Positions 29,676 through 38,013 of a stretch of DNA of 64,000 nucleotides are shown piece by piece. The number at the start of each line of letters is the position of its first letter. Position 1 is the first letter of the stretch. The translations under genes and the position numbers were made by a program. The notes under the pieces are model-generated. The model made no database searches. It had not been told where the DNA came from and worked only from the letters and a program-made list of their open reading frames with translations. The DNA comes from Candidatus Margulisiibacteriota bacterium (GTDB taxonomy: Bacteria; Margulisbacteria; WOR-1; O2-12-FULL-45-9), in NCBI GenBank assembly GCA_043816785.1, contig JBDRHP010000020.1, forward strand, positions 1-64,000, read 5' to 3'.

Positions 29676-30131
29676 ATGAAGAGATTAATCGCGATTGTTT
29701 TGACCCTGGCCTTTTTCGGTGGCGTGGCTTTAGCGGCCGACTTCACCAACATAGGTTTCATCGATGTGCAAAAAGTTTTCCGCGAATACAAGTCAACTGA
29801 GAAAGCTCAAGAAGAGCTGGGCAAGCAGGAGGAGGCTTTCAAAAAGGAATTTGAAGAAAGCCAAAAGAAACTAGAGCAGGCGGAGAAAGACGGCAAAAAA
29901 CCTTCTGAGCTGGAAACAATGAAAAAGGACCTTGAGACCAAGCTGGCGCCTAAAAGAGAAAAATTGCTCAAACTTAACGAGCAGTTAACGGTCAAGCTCC
30001 AAATGGAGATCCTTGACTCAGTAAAAAAGGTAGCTAAAAAAGTTGGCCTTGATGTTGTTCTTGATAAGCAGGTCGTGATCACCGGCGGCATGGATCTAAC
30101 TGAAATGGTGGTCAACGAACTTAACAAATAA
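29676..30131 (+). CDS. skp: OmpH/Skp outer-membrane chaperone
   Basis: Signal peptide, IGFIDVQKVF, coiled coil and DLTEMVV; directly upstream of lpxD. Confidence 0.85.
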   Translation: MKRLIAIVLTLAFFGGVALAADFTNIGFIDVQKVFREYKSTEKAQEELGKQEEAFKKEFEESQKKLEQAEKDGKKPSELETMKKDLETKLAPKREKLLKLNEQLTVKLQMEILDSVKKVAKKVGLDVVLDKQVVITGGMDLTEMVVNELNK

Positions 30132-31048
30132 TGAAGCTCAGTGAGCTCGCCAAAGCTGTTTCCGGCCAGGTTGTTGGAGATGGCGAGGTTGAGATAAAAG
30201 GCGTTTCACCGATTGAAGAGGCTAAGGGCGGAGATCTGGTCTTTGTACTGGATAAGAAGTTCTTAGCCTCTGCTTTAAGATCAAAAGCCAGCGCGCTATT
30301 GGTCTCCTCCCAGGTAGTCGTCTCTGGCAAGCCGGCCCTGTTAGCTGATGACCCCAGAGGCGCCATGGCCAAAACCCTGCCTTTCTTTGCCCCCAAACAA
30401 GCCCGGCCCAAGGGCATTCATGAAACTGCGATCGTGCCCAGTTCTTGCAAAATTGGCAAGGACGTTTCGATCGGTGCTTATGTTGTTTTAGAAGAAAACG
30501 TTTCGATCGGTGCCAACACACTAATTTATCCTCAGGTCTGGATCGGCGCTAATTGCCAGATTGGTCAGCGCGCCATTCTTCACTCCGGCTGCCGGGTTGG
30601 CGTTGACGGCTACGGTTATGTTCAGGAAAAAGGCAAGCATATAAAAATTCCCCAGATTGGCAATGTTATTATTGGAGACGATGTAGAGATCTATGCCAAT
30701 GTCTGTGTTTCTCGCGCCACTCTCGGCTCAACGATCATTGGCTCGGGGACAAAAATTGACAACCTTTCCCATGTGGCCCACAACTGCAAGATCGGCAAAG
30801 ATTGCGCCATTGTCAGTTTGGTTGGGTTTGCCGGCTCAGTAACCCTTGGGGATCACGTTTTCGTTGCTGGTCAGGCAGGGTTCAACGGACACATCACCAT
30901 TGGCGAAAACAGCGTGGTAATGGCTCGGACCGGCGTAACCAAAGACGTACCGGCCAATTCGCTTGTCTCTGGTTTTCCGGCGCAAGATCACCGCAAGGAA
31001 ATTGAGTTCCAGGCGTCCCTGCGGCGTTTAGCAAAAAAGACTAGATGA
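30131..31048 (+). CDS. lpxD: UDP-3-O-acylglucosamine N-acyltransferase
   Basis: DGYGY..KIPQIGNVIIGDDVEI and TKIDNLSHVAHN motifs. Confidence 0.95.
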   Translation: MKLSELAKAVSGQVVGDGEVEIKGVSPIEEAKGGDLVFVLDKKFLASALRSKASALLVSSQVVVSGKPALLADDPRGAMAKTLPFFAPKQARPKGIHETAIVPSSCKIGKDVSIGAYVVLEENVSIGANTLIYPQVWIGANCQIGQRAILHSGCRVGVDGYGYVQEKGKHIKIPQIGNVIIGDDVEIYANVCVSRATLGSTIIGSGTKIDNLSHVAHNCKIGKDCAIVSLVGFAGSVTLGDHVFVAGQAGFNGHITIGENSVVMARTGVTKDVPANSLVSGFPAQDHRKEIEFQASLRRLAKKTR

Positions 31049-32205
31049 GGATTGCCCTCTTTTCCAATTCCTACCTGCCCTATCTTAGCGGCATAACTGT
31101 CTCTGTCAAAATGCTTAAGGATGAGCTGTGCGCGCTTGGTCATGAGGTTTTTATTGTCGGACCAAAGTATCCTGGCTACAAAGAAGCCGATCCACAGATC
31201 TTACGCCTACCTTCAATGCCCGCGACCTATCCCGGCTATCGCCTGGTCTGGCCGTATTCATATAAGATCTTTAAACAACTCAGGCAGGAAAAAATTGACC
31301 TGATCCACGCTCACCAGCCCTTTGGTGTTGGTTTGGCCGCTTTGATTTTAGCCAGGCGGATGAAGGTTCCCATTGTCTATAGCTTTCACACCCTCTTTTC
31401 CCGGTACGTCCACCACGCACCTTTCATCCCGCAAAGGCTTGCCAAGATCGCCATTGCCCGATATTTAGCTTGGTTCTGCAACCGGGTTGACACAGTGATC
31501 GTTCCGTCAGAAATGGTTAGGCGGTTGCTGCTCTTAAGAAAGGTTAAAACCCCGATAAAAGTTATTCCAACCGGCTTAAAGCTTGATCTGATAAAACAGA
31601 AAGCCGAGCTCGGAACACAGAGTTTAGAGCTCAGGAAAAAACACCGGCTAACTGAAAAAGCAAAGATACTCCTTTGCAGCGGCCGCCTTGCCCCGGAAAA
31701 AAACATCCCGTTCCTGCTGCACGCTTTTGAAGCGGTTAAGGCCGAAGTGCCTGAAGCTTATTTAATAATGGTGGGCGGCGGACCCAGAGAAAAAGAGTAT
31801 CGAAAACTGGCTGGCAACCAGGTCATTTTTACCGGCCAGATTCCCCACGCTGAAGTGATCGACCATTGCTTGGCTGCTGATCTCTTTGTCTATGCCTCAA
31901 CCACAGAAACCCAGGGCCTGGTGCTGACAGAAGCCAAGGCTTGCGGCCTGCCAGTGGTGGCGCTGTTTGGCGGAGGACTTGCTGATGTGGTAGAAAACGG
32001 CTTAGATGGGTATTTAGTGCGGCGCGACCAGAAAAAGTTTATTGAGCACGTGGTGCGACTACTAAAACAGGACGGCTTGCGCAGGACCATGGCCCAAAAA
32101 GCACGCGAAGACGCGCACGAACGGTTCTCATCAGTATCGGTTGCAAAAAGAATAGAAACTGTTTATAATTCACTCATCCAATCCTTCGACAAGCTCAGGA
32201 TTTAG
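31045..32205 (+). CDS. GT4 glycosyltransferase (diacylglycerol glucosyltransferase-like)
   Basis: YLPYLSGITVS, GRLAPEKN and ETQGLVLTEA motifs. Confidence 0.88.
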   Translation: MRIALFSNSYLPYLSGITVSVKMLKDELCALGHEVFIVGPKYPGYKEADPQILRLPSMPATYPGYRLVWPYSYKIFKQLRQEKIDLIHAHQPFGVGLAALILARRMKVPIVYSFHTLFSRYVHHAPFIPQRLAKIAIARYLAWFCNRVDTVIVPSEMVRRLLLLRKVKTPIKVIPTGLKLDLIKQKAELGTQSLELRKKHRLTEKAKILLCSGRLAPEKNIPFLLHAFEAVKAEVPEAYLIMVGGGPREKEYRKLAGNQVIFTGQIPHAEVIDHCLAADLFVYASTTETQGLVLTEAKACGLPVVALFGGGLADVVENGLDGYLVRRDQKKFIEHVVRLLKQDGLRRTMAQKAREDAHERFSSVSVAKRIETVYNSLIQSFDKLRI

Positions 32206-32215
32206 GAGGGGGAAA

Positions 32216-32950
32216 ATGCCTAAAATTTGGAAATTGAGTATTGGGTTTTGTTTGTGTCTTGTTTCTTGTATCTTGGTTATTTCTCCGGCCTCGGCTTACC
32301 CCCAGGTCTTTCCAGCGCCGGCCATTAGCGGCCCCAGCGGCGTGGTCAGGATCCCCTCAGCCGACGTTATTCCTTATAAGAATTTTAATATTGGCGCGGA
32401 TTTTGGCGCCACTTTCCTGCCAGGCTTTGGCAGCAGTGAATCCGCTGTTTATTATAAAATGAATCTGGGCACCTATCATGGGGTTGAGCTGGGGATCGTC
32501 GGCGGCACAGAGAAGAACTCTGGCACGATCCGTGAAGGCGTTTTTGTTAACATGAAGCTGTCTCTTTCAACCGGGGAAGAGCCTTACCCGATGCTCTTAG
32601 CCATTGGCGTTGAAAACCTTTTTTCCTACACGCAAACTGATGTTTACATGGTGGCCACAAAATACTTGAAGCAGGGCCCGCGCCTGACCTTTGGTTTTAT
32701 GGCAGATTTTCCCAGCAACCGTTTCCGGCCTTTGGGCATGGCTGGGTTAGAGCTGCCGGTTGGCGACACCTTCTTTGTCAGCAGCGATCTTTTGGCCGGG
32801 GAAACCCTATTCCAGGTCAACGCCGGAGCCAGGGTTTATTTCACTCCAATATTTGCGCTTAACATTTCCGGGTTAAACCTTTTTGATAACCCTGACGCCA
32901 AAGACTCACGCTCTGCCCTGATCGGCTTTAGCTGGGCTAACCCTTTCTAA
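32216..32950 (+). CDS. Secreted, probable outer-membrane beta-barrel protein (YjbH-like N-terminus)
   Basis: Signal peptide, GPSGVVRIPSADV and terminal Phe. Confidence 0.6.
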   Translation: MPKIWKLSIGFCLCLVSCILVISPASAYPQVFPAPAISGPSGVVRIPSADVIPYKNFNIGADFGATFLPGFGSSESAVYYKMNLGTYHGVELGIVGGTEKNSGTIREGVFVNMKLSLSTGEEPYPMLLAIGVENLFSYTQTDVYMVATKYLKQGPRLTFGFMADFPSNRFRPLGMAGLELPVGDTFFVSSDLLAGETLFQVNAGARVYFTPIFALNISGLNLFDNPDAKDSRSALIGFSWANPF

Positions 32951-34023
32951 TGGCCGAAGATTTTCTCCGGGACGCGGTCAAAGGCATAAAAGATTACGTC
33001 CCTGGTCAAACTCCCAAAGAGCCAGGCGTCATTAAGCTGGCTTCAAACGAAAACCCCTTTGGCCCCTCCCCTAAAGCGCTTGAGGCCATCACTAAAGAGG
33101 GGAAGAACCTGCAGATCTATCCTGACCAAAAATCGCTTTTTCTTCGCGAAGCCTTAGGTAAAAAACTGAACGTTGGCGAAGACGCGATCATCATTGGCAA
33201 CGGCTCTGACGAGATCATGCAGATCGCGGCGGCGACCTTCTTAAAACCAGGCGAAGAAGTTATTATCCCGGAAAACACCTTCAGCTTATATGAATTCGTA
33301 ACCAGAATTTTTGATGGCCGCCTGGTTTTTGTCCCATTAAAAGATCAGGCCCAGGACCTTGAGGCAATGGCTAAAGCAGTCACCCCGAAAACAAAAATGA
33401 TCTTTATCTGCAACCCGCACAACCCGACCGGCACTATGATTTCCGCCAAGGATCTTGAGGACTTTTTAAACAAGGTCCCCAACAACATTCTAATTATAAT
33501 TGATGAAGCCTATATGGAGTTTGCGGAGTCAAAAGAGTTCCCTGACTCTCTAAAATATGTCAAAAACAGAAAAAACGTCTTAGTGCTCAGGACTTTTTCC
33601 AAGTTTTATGGATTGGCGGGCTTGCGAGTTGGTTATGGGGTAGCCAAGGCCGAGCTAACTAAATATATGTTTCGGCTAAAGCCGCCATTTAACGTTAACC
33701 GCCTGGCCCAAGCTGGCGCCACCGCAGCCCTAGATGACAAAGCCTTCTTGGATAAAACCTACAAAAATAACCTCGAAGGCAAAAAATATCTTTATGCGGA
33801 GCTGGATAAACTTGGGCTGAAACATGAAAAGACCGAGGCGAATTTTATTTATATAGATTTAAAAAGATCTGCGGATCAGCTGTTCTTGGATCTGATGAAA
33901 CAAAGAGTAATTATAAGACCCCTAACCTCTTTTGGCCTGCCGGAAGCAATAAGGGTTTCGATCGGCACCAAAGCACAGAACGAGAAATTTGTCACGGCGC
34001 TAACCGGCCTATTAAAAGCTTAG
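32950..34023 (+). CDS. hisC: Histidinol-phosphate aminotransferase
   Basis: KLASNENP, GNGSDE, NPHNPTG, DEAY and RTFSKFYGLAGLRVG motifs. Confidence 0.96.
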   Translation: MAEDFLRDAVKGIKDYVPGQTPKEPGVIKLASNENPFGPSPKALEAITKEGKNLQIYPDQKSLFLREALGKKLNVGEDAIIIGNGSDEIMQIAAATFLKPGEEVIIPENTFSLYEFVTRIFDGRLVFVPLKDQAQDLEAMAKAVTPKTKMIFICNPHNPTGTMISAKDLEDFLNKVPNNILIIIDEAYMEFAESKEFPDSLKYVKNRKNVLVLRTFSKFYGLAGLRVGYGVAKAELTKYMFRLKPPFNVNRLAQAGATAALDDKAFLDKTYKNNLEGKKYLYAELDKLGLKHEKTEANFIYIDLKRSADQLFLDLMKQRVIIRPLTSFGLPEAIRVSIGTKAQNEKFVTALTGLLKA

Positions 34024-35256
34024 CGCTTCTTCAATTCCAATGACAATGTTCAAGGTCTGCTGAAAAGGAAATTCGGTCCAATTCTTTTCTTTCATGGAGT
34101 CTATCAGCCTTGTCAGATCTTGCTGAATTTCCTCCTGTTGGGAACTATCCTTAAGCTGGTAATAGCCGTCCAAAGCCCCGGCCAAAACTCGACTAAACAA
34201 TTCGGGGCGTTTCGAGGCCCGAAACAAGCGCTCAAAGACTGGGGAACTAAAAAGAGATCTGCGGTAGCGTCCGCCCAGAAAAAGCTGCAGGTCGCTGGCC
34301 CGGGAAAAGACCTCAAAAGGGTGCCGAGGAAGCAGCTGGTTCATGATTTTGTCCGGCACCTGTTCTCCCCAATTATTGCCTATCACCGCAGCCCAAAAAC
34401 CGTTCTCCGCCGCCTCAAAGTTAGAAAGCCCTTCCAGGTCAATAATGTTGCCGTGGGGGTCAACATTGCCGGAGTGAAGTGTGGAAAAGAATGGCTCCTT
34501 CGGCTCCTTGGCGCTGGCAAAGGGATTGTGCAGGGTCCGGCCGGCTTTATGCATCCTTCTGAGCTGCTGGCCAAAGCGCTGGCCAGATTCGTATAAAAAC
34601 GTTTCTAAAGGCAGTCCCTCTAGTTGGGCCAGGAGCTCATAGGTCTCTGGGCCAGAGTCCATCCTCATCCAAGAAAAATATCTTTCTCCTTCTTTGGAAC
34701 CTCTTAATATTTGGGCGTATCCTTCGAGATCAGGGAAAAACTCACCGAGTTCAGTCAGTTCGCTATCCACCCCTTGCAGAAGCTTGAGGCTGTCTGCCTC
34801 AACCATGGCTGGGACCGCGGCAAACAGCCCCTGGGGTTGGCCAGAATTGGGATTGAGTTTTGCTACATCAAATTCGTAAGGGGTTAGCCCTTTAAATTCC
34901 AGCAACCGGCCCTCTGGATCAAGCCAAAAGCGGGCGCGGTGGCTGCGGCTTTCTAAGACTAGAACTGGCATGAAGTGCTCTGCTTCTTTTTTCTCGAGCT
35001 GTTGGAATCTTCTTTCGCTAGTAATTAAGAAGTTCCTGCTAACATCAAGATAGTTAATCGAGGGGGTTAATGCCTGTGGTCCCCTGCGGAAAAGAGCGGT
35101 TCTGGCAGGCACCAGCGCAGCATGCCTTAAATTTGGATCAGCTCCTGGGAACAAGTGGTCAAAAAACATTCCGTGGACATGCTCTATTCCTTTATTTAAC
35201 TGTTGCCTTAGCCGACCCAGCCGATAGCCTGGTCCGCCTAAACGATGTACCGTCAT
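34012..35256 (-). CDS. Orphan protein with possible protein-kinase-like/SelO-like fold
   Basis: LLEFKG..PY, RRMHKAG and LHSGNV...IIDLEG; 414-aa ORF with SD GGGAG. Confidence 0.6.
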   Translation of the reverse strand: MTVHRLGGPGYRLGRLRQQLNKGIEHVHGMFFDHLFPGADPNLRHAALVPARTALFRRGPQALTPSINYLDVSRNFLITSERRFQQLEKKEAEHFMPVLVLESRSHRARFWLDPEGRLLEFKGLTPYEFDVAKLNPNSGQPQGLFAAVPAMVEADSLKLLQGVDSELTELGEFFPDLEGYAQILRGSKEGERYFSWMRMDSGPETYELLAQLEGLPLETFLYESGQRFGQQLRRMHKAGRTLHNPFASAKEPKEPFFSTLHSGNVDPHGNIIDLEGLSNFEAAENGFWAAVIGNNWGEQVPDKIMNQLLPRHPFEVFSRASDLQLFLGGRYRRSLFSSPVFERLFRASKRPELFSRVLAGALDGYYQLKDSSQQEEIQQDLTRLIDSMKEKNWTEFPFQQTLNIVIGIEEALSF

Positions 35257-35270
35257 TTACTTAATCTCCC

Positions 35271-35305
35271 TACTATATATATCGTTGATACTTGCATAAA
35301 ATTTC
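35271..35305 (-). promoter_or_regulatory. Sigma-28-like promoter motif, copy 4
   Basis: Minus strand: GAAA-ttttatgcaagtatcaa(17)-CGATATATATAGTA. Confidence 0.72.
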
Positions 35306-35325
35306 GGAAAATATATAATTAAGCT

Positions 35326-35415
35326 ATGTTAAAAAGAACTCCGCTTTTTGATCAACACATAAAACAAGGCGCCAGAATGGTTCCCTTTGCCGGCTGGGAA
35401 ATGCCGGTTTCTTAG
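35326..35415 (+). pseudogene. gcvT: Truncated duplicate of the gcvT 5' end (29 codons) with its own TATAAT
   Basis: [29 protein letters not shown]; 35368-35405 is identical to 36255-36292. Confidence 0.9.
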
Positions 35416-35465
35416 ATGAAAAGGCTTGCAAAAAACTAAGGCATAAGATTAGAATGAGAAGTTTA

Positions 35466-36119
35466 TTAAGAAGCTAGAGTCACTTCGTAAATAACACCTG
35501 TTTCATGCTGGCTGATGATGTTTGGCGGTGCTGGTATTTTAAAATTGCTATCTACACAAACCATTAAAGTAAATTGATCGGTTTCCCTAAGCCCTCCTTC
35601 TGATGGAGCAACGCTCAGCTCTGTTGGATCTGTTGCCTCGCTGTATCGACTACCAGTAAGCACTGTTTGACAGGTAAATGGCAAATGAAAGATTAAGCTT
35701 TCTCTTCCAGTCGGTTCTTTTCCCTCATTGATCATTTGGCTAATGTTATGAAAAAGCACTTCGATAACAGCAACTGCTGGCAGTTGAAAACTAATGCCGT
35801 GTTCTAAAAGCGCAGTATTTAAAAATGCTTGCAATTGAAGGGCCTCTTTTAAACTTATCCGTTTTAGCATGCGAAATTCATCGGTTTGCTTGTTTCTTGT
35901 TAGCACCCGATCAACCAGTTTGTTTTCCCTTCTAAATTGCTTTAGAAAACGTCCTGTTAAACAAAACAAGGCTTTGTCCCGAGGCAAAACAACAGAATGA
36001 GGAGGGTTGGCTGTCTTTTTTCGCGAAATTGGACAGTCTCTCCCAATCGGCCCATATTTGCCGCGGTTAATAATCAAAAATCCGTTTAAATGTCTTATTT
36101 GCCTTAATCCGCGTGTCAT
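35466..36119 (-). CDS. Orphan hypothetical protein
   Basis: 217-aa ORF with SD AGGAG; sigma-28-like motif upstream; no recognisable domain. Confidence 0.65.
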   Translation of the reverse strand: MTRGLRQIRHLNGFLIINRGKYGPIGRDCPISRKKTANPPHSVVLPRDKALFCLTGRFLKQFRRENKLVDRVLTRNKQTDEFRMLKRISLKEALQLQAFLNTALLEHGISFQLPAVAVIEVLFHNISQMINEGKEPTGRESLIFHLPFTCQTVLTGSRYSEATDPTELSVAPSEGGLRETDQFTLMVCVDSNFKIPAPPNIISQHETGVIYEVTLAS

Positions 36120-36145
36120 AAATAGTCTCTCCTATTTAAATTTGT

Positions 36146-36180
36146 CCCCTTGTTTATCGTTAAGCCTTTTGAATAATTTC
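36146..36180 (-). promoter_or_regulatory. Sigma-28-like promoter motif, copy 5
   Basis: Minus strand: GAAA-ttattcaaaaggcttaa(17)-CGATAAACAAG. Confidence 0.62.
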
Positions 36181-36212
36181 ACTTTCTAAAGTGATTCGTA
36201 TATAATAATTCT

Positions 36213-37277
36213 ATGCTTAAGAAAACGCCCTTAAATAGTCAACACAAAAATCTTGGCGCCAGAATGGTTCCCTTTGCCGGCTGGGAAATGCCTGTTTCAT
36301 ATAAAGGCATTATTGAGGAACATAATGCCGTCAGGAATTCCGTTGGGATTTTTGACATTGGCCACATGGGCCTGATTAAGATCGAGGGCGAGGCTGCCCT
36401 GCCGCTTATCCAGAAAACAGCCACCAACGACGCGGCAAAACTTGCCATGAATGAAAGCCAGTATTCTATCCTCTGCAACGAAAGCGGCGGAACAGTGGAC
36501 GACATTCTAGTTTACAGGCTGCCGATGGTTTACCTGGTCGTCTGCAACGCCAGCAATACTGAAAAGGTCCTGGCCTGGCTGCGGAAACAAATAAACGGTT
36601 TGAAGCACGTGTCGGTTTCCCTCTATGAAAACTACTGCATGCTCTCGATCCAGGGGCCAAAAGCAGCTGGCTTTGTGGAGAAGAGTTTAAACGTTGAGCT
36701 CTCCGGCTTAAAACGCAACCATGCGCTTTGGTGGCGAGATATTATTGTCTCAAGAACCGGCTATACTGGCGAAGACGGGATTGAGCTGATCGTGGCAAAA
36801 AGTGAGGTGCCCAAAATCTGGCAAGCCTTGATTGCCGCCGGCGTTCAACCTTGCGGCTTGGGAGCTAGAGATACTTTGCGCCTCGAGGCCGGCTATCCCC
36901 TATACGGCCACGAGTACGACGACAAAACCTCGCCGCTTGAAGCCGGCTACGGCTGGGCAGTTAAATTTGATAAAGGGAGTTTCGTCGGCCAAAGAGCTTT
37001 GCTGGCTGAAAAAGAAGCCGGCCTTAAAAAGAAGTTGGTCGGACTTGAGATTGATGGCCGGGCAATTGCTCGCGCAGGGGATTCGATATTAGATATTAGA
37101 AATTCGAAATTGGTTGGGAAAATAACCAGTGGGACCTTCTCGCCAACCCTCAAGAAACCCATTGCCCTGGCCTATCTGCCAACCGATCAAGCCGCGCCAG
37201 GCAATTCTGTCAATATTGAGATCCGCGGGAATAAAGTACCGGCAAAAGTTGTTGCTAAAACCTTCTACAAGAGATAA
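36213..37277 (+). CDS. gcvT: Glycine cleavage system T protein
   Basis: [24 protein letters not shown] and GLGARDTLRLEAG motifs. Confidence 0.97.
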   Translation: MLKKTPLNSQHKNLGARMVPFAGWEMPVSYKGIIEEHNAVRNSVGIFDIGHMGLIKIEGEAALPLIQKTATNDAAKLAMNESQYSILCNESGGTVDDILVYRLPMVYLVVCNASNTEKVLAWLRKQINGLKHVSVSLYENYCMLSIQGPKAAGFVEKSLNVELSGLKRNHALWWRDIIVSRTGYTGEDGIELIVAKSEVPKIWQALIAAGVQPCGLGARDTLRLEAGYPLYGHEYDDKTSPLEAGYGWAVKFDKGSFVGQRALLAEKEAGLKKKLVGLEIDGRAIARAGDSILDIRNSKLVGKITSGTFSPTLKKPIALAYLPTDQAAPGNSVNIEIRGNKVPAKVVAKTFYKR

Positions 37278-37297
37278 AATATCCCTGGAGGTGCAGA

Positions 37298-37621
37298 ATG
37301 TCTTTAAATAACCTGGATCTAAAAAAACTTTATTATTATGTGATTTGCGTCATGGCCTTCTTTGTCCTGATGTGGGGGGTGGTTGACCTGACCAGTTCTT
37401 CGATCGGCATCTTTAATTTGAGGTCAGCAACGCCCAGCCTCAGCCTGCCGGCTGAAGAGCAACAAATCGTTCCGGAAAAAGGGGACCAGTTCTTTGACAC
37501 ATATTATCAAAGCAAGATGCTTAATGATCGCTTTTGGGACAGCCTGGCCCGGATCCTTATTTCGGGCTTAATTTTTGCTTACTGCCGCTTTACGGTTAAT
37601 AAATTGGAGAAGTTGTCGTGA
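37298..37621 (+). CDS. Hypothetical two-TM membrane protein
   Basis: SD GGAGG, two hydrophobic segments, GTGA overlap with gcvH. Confidence 0.7.
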   Translation: MSLNNLDLKKLYYYVICVMAFFVLMWGVVDLTSSSIGIFNLRSATPSLSLPAEEQQIVPEKGDQFFDTYYQSKMLNDRFWDSLARILISGLIFAYCRFTVNKLEKLS

Positions 37622-38007
37622 GCGAGTTGCTTTTTCCCGCGGATTTAAAATACAGCAAAGACCATGAGTGGGCCAGGGTCAACGGCAAGATCGCCACGAT
37701 CGGCATAACTGCTTTTGCTCAGGATCAGCTGGGCGACATTGTCTATGTTGAGCTCCCGCCCTTTAATAAAGAGTTTAAAGCCACGGCAGAGTTTGGCGTG
37801 GCCGAGTCAGTGAAATCTGTTTCCTCGTTGTTTTCTCCTGTTTCCGGCAAGATAATCGAGGTAAATGCTGAGCTAGAAAAATCGCCCCAGCTGGTTAACC
37901 AGGATGCTTATGGCAAGGGCTGGATGATCAAGCTTGAGTTGAGCAATCCTGCTGAACTGGATGCCCTGATGTCTGCCGAAGAATATAAAAACTCGTTCAA
38001 AGACTAA
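37618..38007 (+). CDS. gcvH: Glycine cleavage system H protein
   Basis: HEW, GITAFAQDQLGDIVYVELP and ESVKS lipoyl-lysine motifs. Confidence 0.97.
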   Translation: MSELLFPADLKYSKDHEWARVNGKIATIGITAFAQDQLGDIVYVELPPFNKEFKATAEFGVAESVKSVSSLFSPVSGKIIEVNAELEKSPQLVNQDAYGKGWMIKLELSNPAELDALMSAEEYKNSFKD

Positions 38008-38013
38008 GAACAC

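Noticed and set aside
34012..36119. Orphan pair as a prophage remnant or toxin-antitoxin module
   Set aside because: There are no phage or TA motifs. Each gene has its own promoter motif, and the gcvT fragment separates them.
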